This document shows, piece by piece, positions 51,411 to 62,052 of a DNA stretch of 64,000 bases. Within the stretch, counting starts at the first letter, position 1. Every line of letters begins with the position of its first letter. Both the position numbers and the translations under genes were made by a program. The notes beneath the pieces are model-generated. The model did not search any database. It saw only the letters and a program-made list of their open reading frames with translations, and was not told the origin of the DNA. Source of the stretch: Squalus acanthias (Eukaryota); NCBI GenBank assembly GCA_030390025.1, contig CM059431.1, positions 109,680,001 to 109,744,000 of the forward strand. The letters are read 5' to 3'.

Positions 51411-52188
51411 GAAAGAAAAGAACATTTCAAACTCCAGTTTCATTTCCTAGTTAAGGCCTCCTACAACCTGCTAATCAATCTATTCGGATTACCTCGAAAA
51501 ATGGCTCCCTCCCATTGCTACTTTACCACACATTTCACCATCATGGTAAAGATAATGGATTGGGGTCAAAAGTAGAAGAATGCATTGGCTCCTCAGACAC
51601 CTCAGTGCCAGAATATTGGGGTCTTGATAGCTTTCCCCATTACCTGTTAACTGGTTTTAAATTTAATCTGTTGAAGTGTAATTACGGATATTGGAACTAC
51701 TGTATTAATATGGGGTTTGGAAAAAAACAATCACCTCTTTCCAAGTAGTAAATCAGCATACTTAATGCTACCATTTTGTAACATATTTCTCAAAACCTTA
51801 AAATTTACTTTGTTTGAATCTGGTTGACCCTTTGGTGGCTTTTGGCGCAGTATTCAAATATAAATATTGAAATTTGAGTCCCACGTATTGTCAGCATGCC
51901 TTATTCTTGGCCAGTGTGTTTCCTCTAATGAGCCCTGGCAGTAGATCCTTACTATCAGCACTGGCTTCCACGAACGCACTATAGGTTCCTTATTGATTAT
52001 TCTACTTGCGATACCTCAACATGTTTAAATTTATTTCAGGGTCAAATCCTTCGATGGGCTACTTTTGATCCATACCATCAGTTTTGTTTTATCAACAAAC
52101 AGGAAATAGGCTTATGCAGTTGTAAGAGCCAGTGAATCTGTGCTGAAGGAGAAGATACTTGGAGGAGGACAATATGAAACACAGTAAT

Positions 52189-52679
52189 GACCCTGAAATT
52201 GGGGTCGGAGGCTTCCCGCGGGCGAATGCCTCCGATCCGCAAGAAAAGTACCTACCTGCTGCACATAGCACCGCGAACTTCAGTAGTAGCACCTCAAGAG
52301 GGAGGGGGAGCGCTTTCAGTAGCGCCCCGCCTCCTGCTTGGGACGCTACTACTGAATATACGGCGGAGGGGTGCTAACTTTTTCGGGGCGCTAAAAGGGG
52401 CACCACCCAATTTTTCCCCCTTAAGCTGGTAAAAGCAGGCCCTACGACTGCTTTTACCAGGCGTAAGAGTTTTGTGGGCATTCGCTGGGCAGTAGTTGGG
52501 CAAATAGCCCAACTCTGCGCTAACGAATGTTCATTTCTTGCGGATTTGTACGGTCTGTCGAGCTGAAACTTGACAGATCGCAAGTTCCGGGTTTTCGCGC
52601 ATGCACAGCGCACACGGTAACCCGGAACTTGTGGGGCACTTACGGCCGCATATGCTGTGCGTACGCGGTCATAGGCCCC
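52189..52679. mobile_element. CpG-rich MITE-like element
   Basis: GC/CpG-rich block with gcgcta repeats as in the other MITEs. Termini are approximate (gaccctgaaattgggg ... ataggcccc). Confidence 0.45.
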
Positions 52680-52921
52680 ATAAAAACCGTGCCATTAATT
52701 CCTTTTCTATATACAGATTAAGTTAATTGGTAGCTCCTATGTATGAAAATGAATCTTGTGATTTAAGATGACCCTGTAGACTGCATCTTGTGAAAGTGGC
52801 ATTATGTGACATCACTGACATAATGAATGTTCATGATGCGGAGATGCCGGTGTTGGACTGGGGTGGACAAAATTGAGAGGTCGCACAACACCAGGTTATA
52901 GTCCAACAGTTTTATTTGAAA

Positions 52922-52959
52922 TCACAAGCTTTCGGAACTATCGCTCCTTCCTCAGGTGA
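52922..52959 (-). ncRNA. Minimal type I hammerhead ribozyme (left-arm pLTR)
   Basis: Exact reverse complement of 57487-57524. Confidence 0.8.
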
Positions 52960-53293
52960 AGTAAATTGGATACAGAATCGTCAGAGCATATATAGATGGA
53001 AAAAAAAGCATGTGTACTTTACAATTGCAGACCAATAAATTAAATCATCCTGACTATCTGCCGAGGTGTGATAAAGTTAATTAAGTCAGCCAGGAAGGTA
53101 CCACATCAAAAGACATAGCAAGATACAACTGAGACAATGAGGTGAAGTCGCAGGGGTTCTAACGTGTCAAAAGCTGCCGTCTGTATGTAAAACGAAAAGC
53201 TTTAAAAAAAAATTTACTTTTTTACTGGGAAAATTTTTACTTTTTTACTGGGAATCACATCTGTGAACAAGCTAACGACGACTCGAGTCCGGA

Positions 53294-55429
53294 TCACGTC
53301 ATGTATCGTGACATAAACCCAAGATCCCGATTGAGACCGTCTTCATGAGTGCAGAACTTGGCTATCAGTTTCTGCTCGATGATTTTGCGTTGTCGTGTGT
53401 TTCTAAGGTTGCCTTGGAGAACGCTTACCCGCAGATCCGAGGCTGAATGTCCTTGACTGCTGAAGTGTTCCCCGACTGGGAGGTAACAATCCTGCCTGGC
53501 GATTGTTGCGCGGTGCTCGTTCATACGTTGTCTCAGTGTCTGCATGGTCTCGCCGATGTACCATGCCGCGGTGCATTCTTTCCTGCAACGTATGAGGTAG
53601 ACAACGTTGGCCGAGTCACATGAGTATGTACCATGTACCTGGTGGGTAGTGTCCTCACGTGTGATGGTGGTATCTGTGTTGATGATCTGGCATGTCTTGC
53701 AGAGTTTGCCATGGCAGGGTTGTGTGGTGTCGTGGTCGCTGTTATCCTGAAAGCTGGGTAATTTGCTGCGAACGATGGTACTTCTGAGGTTAGGCGGCTG
53801 TTTGAAGGCAAGTAGTGGAGGCGTGGGGATGGCCTTAGCGAGGTGTTTGTCGTCATCGATGACATGTTGAAGGCTGCGAAGAACATGTCGTAGTTTCTCC
53901 GCTCCGGGGAAGTACTGGACGACGTAGGGTACCCTGTTGGTTGTGTCCCGTGTTTGCCTTCTGAGGAGGTCTATGCGATTTTTCGCTGTGGCCCGTCGGA
54001 ACTGTCGATCGATGAGTCGAGCGTCATATCCCGTTCTTACGAGGGCGTTTTTCAGCGTCCGTAGGTGTCCATCGCGTTCCTCCTCGTCTGAGCAGATCCT
54101 GTGTATTCGCAGGGCTTGTCCATAGGGGATGGCTTCTTTAACATGGTTAGGGTGGAAGCTGGAGAAGTGGAGCATCGTGAGGTTGTCCGTGGGCTTGCGG
54201 TAGAGTGAAGTGCTGAGGTGTCCGTCTTTGATGGAGATTCGTGTGTCCAGGAATGAGACCGATTCTGAGGAGTAGTCCATGGTGAGTTTGATGGTGGGAT
54301 GGAACTTGTTTATGTTATCGTGTAGTCTTTTCAGTGATCCTTCGCCATGGGTCCAAAGGAAGAAAATGTCGTCGATGTATCTGGTGTACAGCGTTGGCTG
54401 GAGGTCCTGTGCAGCGAAGAAGTCTTGCTCGAACTTGTGCATGAAGATGTTGGCGTATTGGGGTGCGAATTTGGTCCCCATGGCTGTTCCGTGTGTTTGG
54501 GTAAAAAAATGGTTGTCGAAGGTGAAGACATTGTGGTCAAGGATGAAGCGGATGAGTTGTAGGATGGCGTCTGGAGATTGGCTGTTGTTGATGTTGAGTA
54601 CTGAGGCTGTTGCAGCGATGCCGTCATCGTGGGGGATACTGGTGTAGAGTGCCGATACGTCCATCGTGGCAAGGAGTGTTCCTGGTTCAACTGGTCCGTG
54701 GGTGCTGAGTTTCTGTAAGAAGTCTGTAGTGTCGCGACAGAAGCTGGGGGTTCCCTGTACGATGGGTTTCAGAATGCCCTCGACGTATCCAGAGAGGTTC
54801 TCACACAGGGTTCCATTGCCTGATACGATAGGACGTCCGGGTGTGTTGGCTTTGTGTATCTTTGGGAGGCAGTAGAAGTCTCCCACGCGGGGAGTACGTG
54901 GGATGAGAGCGCGTAGGATGTTTTGAAGGTCTGGATCGAAGGTCTTGATCAGTCTATTGAGTTGGCGGGTGTGTTCTTTGGTCGGATCTGCGGGTAGCTG
55001 TCTGTAGTGTTCCTGGTTGTCCAGTTGTCGGTATGCTTCTTTACAATAGTCCGTTCTGTTCTGTATGACGATGGCTCCTCCTTTGTCCGCTGGTTTGATG
55101 ACAATGTTGCGGTTGGTCTTGAGAGCGTGGATGGCGTTGCGTTGTGCTCGGGTGACATTCTGGACTGTCTTGTGAGTGCGGCTGATGAATCTGGCGTTGA
55201 TGCATTTCCTGACAGCTTGAGCATACATGTCAAGCTTGGGGCAGCGACCCTCCGGAGGGGTCCAGTTTGACTCTTTTTTCTTCGGTTGCTGCACTGCGAG
55301 TCCCTCTGTCTGCTGTTCTGGATCATTGATTGTCTCATTGGGTTTGTTGCTGACATCTTGGGATTTGTGGAAGTATTCCCGGAGCCTCATTCTCCTGATG
55401 AATTCCTCCGTGTCTGGACAACTGGACAA
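53294..55429 (-). CDS. PLE reverse transcriptase + GIY-YIG endonuclease, uninterrupted but 5'-truncated (element-derived from 55416; first in-frame ATG at 55390 gives 698 aa)
   Basis: IKPADKGG, FYCLPKIHK, PGRPIVS, MDVSALYTSIP, GTAMG..FAP.YANIFM, RYIDDIF; CxxxxCxxC linker (PCHGKLCKTC); NVVYLIRC...WYIGET, R..EH, EQKLI, GLN. Confidence 0.93.
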   Translation of the reverse strand: MSSCPDTEEFIRRMRLREYFHKSQDVSNKPNETINDPEQQTEGLAVQQPKKKESNWTPPEGRCPKLDMYAQAVRKCINARFISRTHKTVQNVTRAQRNAIHALKTNRNIVIKPADKGGAIVIQNRTDYCKEAYRQLDNQEHYRQLPADPTKEHTRQLNRLIKTFDPDLQNILRALIPRTPRVGDFYCLPKIHKANTPGRPIVSGNGTLCENLSGYVEGILKPIVQGTPSFCRDTTDFLQKLSTHGPVEPGTLLATMDVSALYTSIPHDDGIAATASVLNINNSQSPDAILQLIRFILDHNVFTFDNHFFTQTHGTAMGTKFAPQYANIFMHKFEQDFFAAQDLQPTLYTRYIDDIFFLWTHGEGSLKRLHDNINKFHPTIKLTMDYSSESVSFLDTRISIKDGHLSTSLYRKPTDNLTMLHFSSFHPNHVKEAIPYGQALRIHRICSDEEERDGHLRTLKNALVRTGYDARLIDRQFRRATAKNRIDLLRRQTRDTTNRVPYVVQYFPGAEKLRHVLRSLQHVIDDDKHLAKAIPTPPLLAFKQPPNLRSTIVRSKLPSFQDNSDHDTTQPCHGKLCKTCQIINTDTTITREDTTHQVHGTYSCDSANVVYLIRCRKECTAAWYIGETMQTLRQRMNEHRATIARQDCYLPVGEHFSSQGHSASDLRVSVLQGNLRNTRQRKIIEQKLIAKFCTHEDGLNRDLGFMSRYMT

Positions 55430-57152
55430 CCAGGAACACTACAGACAGCTACCCGCAGATCCGACCAAAGAACACACCCGCCAACTCAATAGACTGATCA
55501 AGACCTTCGATCCAGACCTTCAAAACATCCTACGCGCTCTCATCCCACGTACTCCCCGCGTGGGAGACTTCTACTGCCTCCCAAAGATACACAAAGCCAA
55601 CACACCCGGACGTCCTATCGTATCAGGCAATGGAACCCTGTGTGAGAACCTCTCTGGATACGTCGAGGGCATTCTGAAACCCATCGTACAGGGAACCCCC
55701 AGCTTCTGTCGCGACACTACAGACTTCTTACAGAAACTCAGCACCCACGGACCAGTTGAACCAGGAACACTCCTTGCCACGATGGACGTATCGGCACTCT
55801 ACACCAGTATCCCCCACGATGACGGCATCGCTGCAACAGCCTCAGTACTCAACATCAACAACAGCCAATCTCCAGACGCCATCCTACAACTCATCCGCTT
55901 CATCCTTGACCACAATGTCTTCACCTTCGACAACCATTTTTTTACCCAAACACACGGAACAGCCATGGGGACCAAATTCGCACCCCAATACGCCAACATC
56001 TTCATGCACAAGTTCGAGCAAGACTTCTTCGCTGCACAGGACCTCCAGCCAACGCTGTACACCAGATACATCGACGACATTTTCTTCCTTTGGACCCATG
56101 GCGAAGGATCACTGAAAAGACTACACGATAACATAAACAAGTTCCATCCCACCATCAAACTCACCATGGACTACTCCTCAGAATCGGTCTCATTCCTGGA
56201 CACACGAATCTCCATCAAAGACGGACACCTCAGCACTTCACTCTACCGCAAGCCCACGGACAACCTCACGATGCTCCACTTCTCCAGCTTCCACCCTAAC
56301 CATGTTAAAGAAGCCATCCCCTATGGACAAGCCCTGCGAATACACAGGATCTGCTCAGACGAGGAGGAACGCGATGGACACCTACGGACGCTGAAAAACG
56401 CCCTCGTAAGAACGGGATATGACGCTCGACTCATCGATCGACAGTTCCGACGGGCCACAGCGAAAAATCGCATAGACCTCCTCAGAAGGCAAACACGGGA
56501 CACAACCAACAGGGTACCCTACGTCGTCCAGTACTTCCCCGGAGCGGAGAAACTACGACATGTTCTTCGCAGCCTTCAACATGTCATCGATGACGACAAA
56601 CACCTCGCTAAGGCCATCCCCACGCCTCCACTACTTGCCTTCAAACAGCCGCCTAACCTCAGAAGTACCATCGTTCGCAGCAAATTACCCAGCTTTCAGG
56701 ATAACAGCGACCACGACACCACACAACCCTGCCATGGCAAACTCTGCAAGACATGCCAGATCATCAACACAGATACCACCATCACACGTGAGGACACTAC
56801 CCACCAGGTACATGGTACATACTCATGTGACTCGGCCAACGTTGTCTACCTCATACGTTGCAGGAAAGAATGCACCGCGGCATGGTACATCGGCGAGACC
56901 ATGCAGACACTGAGACAACGTATGAACGAGCACCGCGCAACAATCGCCAGGCAGGATTGTTACCTCCCAGTCGGGGAACACTTCAGCAGTCAAGGACATT
57001 CAGCCTCGGATCTGCGGGTAAGCGTTCTCCAAGGCAACCTTAGAAACACACGACAACGCAAAATCATCGAGCAGAAACTGATAGCCAAGTTCTGCACTCA
57101 TGAAGACGGTCTCAATCGGGATCTTGGGTTTATGTCACGATACATGACGTGA
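55227..57152 (+). CDS. Second, more truncated PLE RT + GIY-YIG frame (PLE-derived from 55417); its first ~63 codons are antisense spacer read in frame
   Basis: From QLDNQEHY to the stop it is identical to the minus-strand ORF. It lacks the DKG motif region. Confidence 0.8.
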   Translation: MSSLGQRPSGGVQFDSFFFGCCTASPSVCCSGSLIVSLGLLLTSWDLWKYSRSLILLMNSSVSGQLDNQEHYRQLPADPTKEHTRQLNRLIKTFDPDLQNILRALIPRTPRVGDFYCLPKIHKANTPGRPIVSGNGTLCENLSGYVEGILKPIVQGTPSFCRDTTDFLQKLSTHGPVEPGTLLATMDVSALYTSIPHDDGIAATASVLNINNSQSPDAILQLIRFILDHNVFTFDNHFFTQTHGTAMGTKFAPQYANIFMHKFEQDFFAAQDLQPTLYTRYIDDIFFLWTHGEGSLKRLHDNINKFHPTIKLTMDYSSESVSFLDTRISIKDGHLSTSLYRKPTDNLTMLHFSSFHPNHVKEAIPYGQALRIHRICSDEEERDGHLRTLKNALVRTGYDARLIDRQFRRATAKNRIDLLRRQTRDTTNRVPYVVQYFPGAEKLRHVLRSLQHVIDDDKHLAKAIPTPPLLAFKQPPNLRSTIVRSKLPSFQDNSDHDTTQPCHGKLCKTCQIINTDTTITREDTTHQVHGTYSCDSANVVYLIRCRKECTAAWYIGETMQTLRQRMNEHRATIARQDCYLPVGEHFSSQGHSASDLRVSVLQGNLRNTRQRKIIEQKLIAKFCTHEDGLNRDLGFMSRYMT

Positions 57153-57486
57153 TCCGGACTCGAGTCGTCGTTAGCTTGTTCACAGATGTGATTCCCAGTA
57201 AAAAAGTAAAAATTTTCCCAGTAAAAAAGTAAATTTTTTTTTAAAGCTTTTCGTTTTACATACAGACGGCAGCTTTTGACACGTTAGAACCCCTGCGACT
57301 TCACCTCATTGTCTCAGTTGTATCTTGCTATGTCTTTTGATGTGGTACCTTCCTGGCTGACTTAATTAACTTTATCACACCTCGGCAGATAGTCAGGATG
57401 ATTTAATTTATTGGTCTGCAATTGTAAAGTACACATGCTTTTTTTTCCATCTATATATGCTCTGACGATTCTGTATCCAATTTACT

Positions 57487-57524
57487 TCACCTGAGGAAGG
57501 AGCGATAGTTCCGAAAGCTTGTGA
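57487..57524 (+). ncRNA. Minimal type I hammerhead ribozyme (right-arm pLTR)
   Basis: Stem I tcac/gtga, CTGAGGA core, stem II ggagc(gata)gttcc, GAAA, palindromic AAGCTT stem III with predicted CUU cleavage triplet. AATAAA follows downstream. Confidence 0.8.
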
Positions 57525-57879
57525 TTTCAAATAAAACTGTTGGACTATAACCTGGTGTTGTGCGACCTCTCAATAATGAATGTTGCCATAGTTTTCATTC
57601 TTGGATTCCACTCAGAAGACATAATGAGGTTCTGAAGTATCAGCCAAGTTATACACACTCCCTCTCCACTAGACTGCAAGAGATTTGATGAATGCATACC
57701 TACCAATACCTCACGCCCGACTTGGCAACCAAGATTAGATGACGCATACCCACTAAGAGACTATGCAGCCCTTTCTCAACTGACACACCACCAGCAACAG
57801 ACAGCTGCCTCACTCCACAAGGCTACATACTCTCTTCTCTACTAACTTAATACGGAATGGGCAGATATTTGGAGAGTTA

Positions 57880-59060
57880 GTAATGAAACGGTCATTAAAA
57901 AGTCTTTGAATATTCTTAAAGCATCAGGACCAGATGGAATGCATCCAAGAGTACTGAAGCAAATGAGGGCAGAATAAGAGGAGTTGTAACAGAAATGCTT
58001 CACTGCTCATTGAGCACAGAGGTGATAGTCAAAAGAACTGTCATTCCAATTTTTACAAAAGGTTAGAAGCAGCGATCTGGGGAACTATAAGCCCTAGGTG
58101 TCAGCCATGGCTCAGTGGGTAGCAACCTCGCCTCTGAGTCAGAAGGTTGTGGGTTCAAAGTCCCACTCCAGGGACTTGAGCACAAAAATTCTAGGCTGAC
58201 ACTCCAGTGCAGCACTGAGGGAGCACTGCACTGTCGGAGGTGCCGTCTTTCAAATGAGATGATAAACCGAGGCCCTGTCTGCTCTCTCAGGTGGACGTAA
58301 AAGATCCCACGGCACTATTTCAAAAAAGAGCAGGGAAAGTTATCCCCGGTGTCCTGGGGTCAATATTTATCCCTCAATCAACATCACGAAAACAGATTAT
58401 CTGGTCATTATCACATTGCTGTTTGTGGGAGCTTGCTGTGCACAAGTTGGCTGCCGGGTTTCCTACATTACAACAGTGACTACACTTCAAAAAGTACTTC
58501 ATTGGCTGTAAAGCACTTTGGGACATCCAGTGGTCGTGAAAGGCGCTATATAAATGCAAATCTTTCTTTTTCTTTAACTTGACATCTGTAGCGGGACAAA
58601 ATATTGGTTCCTATTATAAAAGGAAGCCTGTTTAACAAAAATAAAGACGATGTGAGCTTGAGAACCAGGGCATGAAAAATGTATTGGAATTTTTTGATAC
58701 TGTAAATAAATTGGTTAAATATTCAATGTTATATAACTTGATCTCTAAAAAGCATTTGGTAATATCCAGCACAAAATTTCAATTGGGCAGATATTTGGAA
58801 ACAATGGGGAGGGGATCAGTGGTAAGCGTGCTAATCGGACAGCTGTGACCAGTCCCATGAATTCGTTCTGTGACTAATGTTACTGAAAGTAGAACGCTTA
58901 AGGTTTCAGATGATGTCAAGTTATGCGGGACAACAGAACTTCAGAGAAGGATAAAACTGAAAGAGATCTGCACAGACTTAGCAACTGGACAGATGAATGG
59001 TAAATGTTATTTAATATCGAGGAATGTAAGTTCATGCGCCTTGGTACAAAAAATAGCAAA
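57880..59060 (+). mobile_element. Old, highly decayed CR1 ORF2 remnant containing a SINE insertion
   Basis: KASGPDGMHPRVLKQ, IPIFTKG...GNYKP|SINE|LTSV, DDVKL and downstream RT-like remnants with many stops. Confidence 0.7.
58097..58575 (+). mobile_element. Full-length Deu-SINE
   Basis: gtgtcagccatggctcagtgggtag (A box), gggttcaaagtccc (B box), Deu body, (cttt)n tail. Confidence 0.92.
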
Positions 59061-59131
59061 TATTGTTACAAAATGGACGAAGAAGACCATTCAACCCACC
59101 TTGGCTCATTCAGCTAGAAGAAAAAACTTAC

Positions 59132-59203
59132 CTCTTCTTCCTCTTAGGCAGTGCCTCGGAACCGAGGATGACTTGCTTCCACATTAAAAATGAGTTCTCA
59201 GGC
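59132..59203 (-). mobile_element. RTE 3' terminal fragment within an old CR1 tail
   Basis: Matches 17676-17745 (ttaggcagt.cctcggaac.gaggatgacttgcttccacattaaaaatgagttctcagg). Confidence 0.85.
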
Positions 59204-59319
59204 ATCACAGCAGCAACTCTTAAACAATTCCATAGATTTTGCCTCCACTACCTCACACAAAATTTGAAGTGCAATATTTCACAAAGCCCTTGAAGCACAA
59301 AAGTATGATTTTTTTTAAG

Positions 59320-59940
59320 TGATATTTTGGCCTCCATTTTATCCCCCCCCCCTCCACTCCCCCTCGCCCAGCGAGAATGGTGCGTGGGAGGAGTTGTTAT
59401 CAGGCCAAGTACACTTACCAGCCCGAGATCGCCCGGCAACGTCTTACCTTCACCGACTGTGAAGTGGGCCGAGGGTCCCGCTGCAGGCAAGCGAGGGCCG
59501 ACTGGCCAAGAGAGACCACGGTAAGTTTATCTTTCTGTGAAATCCTTGTGGGCCAGGAGGAGCAGGAGTGCTCCCACCCGCCCCCCCCCCCCCCCCCACC
59601 CCCACCTCAAAGGCCCTGTAAGGAGTCCTTGGGCCTCCCCAGCACTGGCCTTGCCTCTCGCTCTCAGCACTGGCATCAGCTGCCAAAGCCCTTGCCCAGC
59701 GCTGAGGTCATGCAGAGGAATGACCTTTGAAACCTTGGTGTCCTAAGGCTCCCGACCCGATTTTCCGCTCCCACCCACCTGCCGGCCCTGACATCAGTCC
59801 GGCCAGTTTCGGGAGGAAGACTGTCCTGGATTATTTCAATGAGGCCCAGGAGTTAAAATAGCCTCACACTAAGATCCCCATGGGGGGTTTGCCCCCCCCC
59901 TGCACCCCGCACGTCCCGAACGCACCCCCCGGTTATAAAC
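59320..59940. mobile_element. GC-rich MITE-like element
   Basis: Shares ggccaggaggagcaggagtgctcc and gaggcccaggagttaaaata with the elements at about 21000 and 41300. Termini are approximate. Confidence 0.45.
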
Positions 59941-61830
59941 AAAGCCATTGTGTTAATCCATGTGAAGGATATCGGCGCTGGAAAATGTAACCCCTTTCTA
60001 TTTGTGATATCAGGTCAGTGTCAAGTATGACCGTTTTTGAAATGTTAAGTTATATCACCTTAGTGAGCACAATAATTCACAAAAAAATATAAATTGATTA
60101 AAATAAAATAGATATATGGCAGAATCAAAACACGAGACAGATTTTACATTAACTTAATAAATTCTCAATGATTTCATCCAAACTCCCCCATGTGGGAGCT
60201 TTGTATTACTGCATCTATAATGAATTGTTCAGGCTGGGTCGAGGCTGGTTAATAGATCACTGTAACTACAGGGATGGTACAGAGCTGTAAACTGAATTTA
60301 ATGATTGTGCAAGATACTGGTACCATGTCATATACAATAGGTTACAGTGCTCCCAGTCTGGCAGGGGTTCCCTCTTCAAATCGAGAACCCCGCCAGATAA
60401 CATTCTACAAAAAATGGAGATGTAAACAGGATGGAGGACAGGGGTTTGATTCTCGTTTTCACCAAAGATTCTCCATTTCTCTCCTCTTGTGTTGAGAAGA
60501 TGGCTGTCCTGTTTTCAAGGGTCACCTTGTAGATTATGCATTTTTATCTCGCTCTATGACAATTGTCATGATCAAGATCAACAAGACAAACAGATAAAGG
60601 GAAGGAAAGAGAAATGCCTGGAGGCCTGAAAGCTAACAACAATCATAGGAACAGGAGTAGGCCATTCAACCCCTCGAGCCTGTACCGCCATGCAATGAGC
60701 TCGTGTCCGATCTGTATCTCAACTCCATCTACCTGCCTCAGTTCTGTAACCGTTAATACCTTTGCCTCACAAAATCCTCTCAACATCCTTGTTCGGGGCT
60801 CCCGCCGATAAAATCTCTGGAATATTCAATGTTCCCTCTAATTTTTTTGGGTGCACGGTCCCTTTAAGTCAAATTTCCGCCCATGCGCGGTTTTTCCCCA
60901 TTGTAAGGTCGGCAAGCGGCCTGCGCGGGACCTCCAGATCCACGCAGTTTAACGGGAACATTGCTCAGAATGATCCTCGGGTAATTAAAGAGGTATTTGG
61001 CTGTAATCATTTTGGAATAACCTCAATATTCATATACCTTCTGCGTACTGCATTTCACACATAGACAGCAAACAACAACAGAGCAATCATTTATTGATGA
61101 CACGTTTCCTCTCAGTTTGTTGGTCACTTTGTTAGTAGCTTTGGCCACTCTGCTAAATACTGTTGTCCTGTTAGATCGAGAGTTTATCCGCCTTCTGACC
61201 ACTTCCCTACATTATTTTCTTGCAACCTTTCTCTTGTGTTTTAAGACAAATTTTGATGGTTCCAGGAATAATTATAATTATTTAAAACAGCTAAGGCTCC
61301 TAGACTACTATAATAGCACATTGATGTTGTAGTTTTCAGTGTCAATGTGGAAATTTGTAACAGAACAAGTAGTCATGTAAGAACGCATTTGTGACGAGGT
61401 TATTTCGTGTATCGATATATTTATATATATGGTATTTTACTATTGCACTGCATCAAATAGGGGCAGAGTTTATGAATTAGTGCTTCTAATGCAGAACTTT
61501 GTGCAAAAGGAGCGCACATCGGGAATTCAGGAGTGGAGGTCAGCGCATCCCGCACTATTTTCCATCGATTATTAGACAGAAAATCAAAACACGGCAAGCT
61601 TAACTCCATCCCCAAATCTATCATGAAAAGATCATGTGCATTGAGAGCATTAATTTGTCAAATCTTCCCTTTCCTAGGAGGAAGGCACTTTATAAAATTC
61701 TTATCTTTATTGTACACACGTAACAAGGTTTTGCATTCAGCCTTCCGTTTGTGCAATTACTAGCATCCTCACTACAATTCAGGACAGCAAAAAAGTTACC
61801 AGGATGGCTGCCAGGGTTGCATCACTGTTA

Positions 61831-61970
61831 CAATAGCAAAATACTGCGGATGCTGGAAATCTGAAATAACAACAGAAAATGCTGGAAACACTCAGCAGGT
61901 CAGGCAGCTTCCTCTCTCCACGGATGCTGCCTGACCTGCAGAGTGTTTCCAGCATTTTCTGTTGTTATTT
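61831..61970 (-). mobile_element. Fold-back PLE family B mini-insertion
   Basis: 45-bp arms 61864-61908 and 61926-61970 (1 mismatch), 33-nt tail, 14-bp TSD ttgcatcactgtta (61817-61830, 61969-61982). Confidence 0.92.
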
Positions 61971-62052
61971 GCATCACTGTTAGTTGTGGCCCTGATGTAG
62001 ATTTTGGCTTCAACCAAGGTCCACAGGAACACAAGAATATTGGAATACACTT

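Larger units (their letters stand above)
52832..57574. mobile_element. Palindromic (head-to-head) Penelope-like element, family A, probably Neptune clade; one insertion
   Basis: Arms 52872-55029 (-) and 55417-57574 (+). Mirrored coordinates sum to 110446 at every point checked, and the shared translations are identical. Spacer 55030-55416; unpaired 40-nt tail 52832-52871; TSD ataatgaatgtt at 52820-52831 and 57573-57584. Confidence 0.97.

Noticed and set aside
53403..57043. Many short ORFs occurring in mirrored pairs
   Set aside because: They are alternative-frame or antisense shadows of the PLE ORF, duplicated by the palindrome.
57150..57480. Selenocysteine read-through of the PLE TGA stop (as in some Naiad PLEs)
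   Set aside because: The TGA falls after the complete GIY-YIG domain, there is no internal in-frame TGA, and I could not identify a SECIS.
52832..57574. Interpretation as an assembly fold-back artefact or as a DNA transposon with giant TIRs
   Set aside because: The distinct flanks, exact 12-bp TSD, PLE-typical unpaired tail and the same architecture in five small insertions favour a real retrotransposition product. Read-level confirmation is still needed.
58097..58170. tRNA genes (here and at other SINE heads)
   Set aside because: The A/B-box heads continue directly into SINE bodies, and there is no complete cloverleaf or separate terminator.
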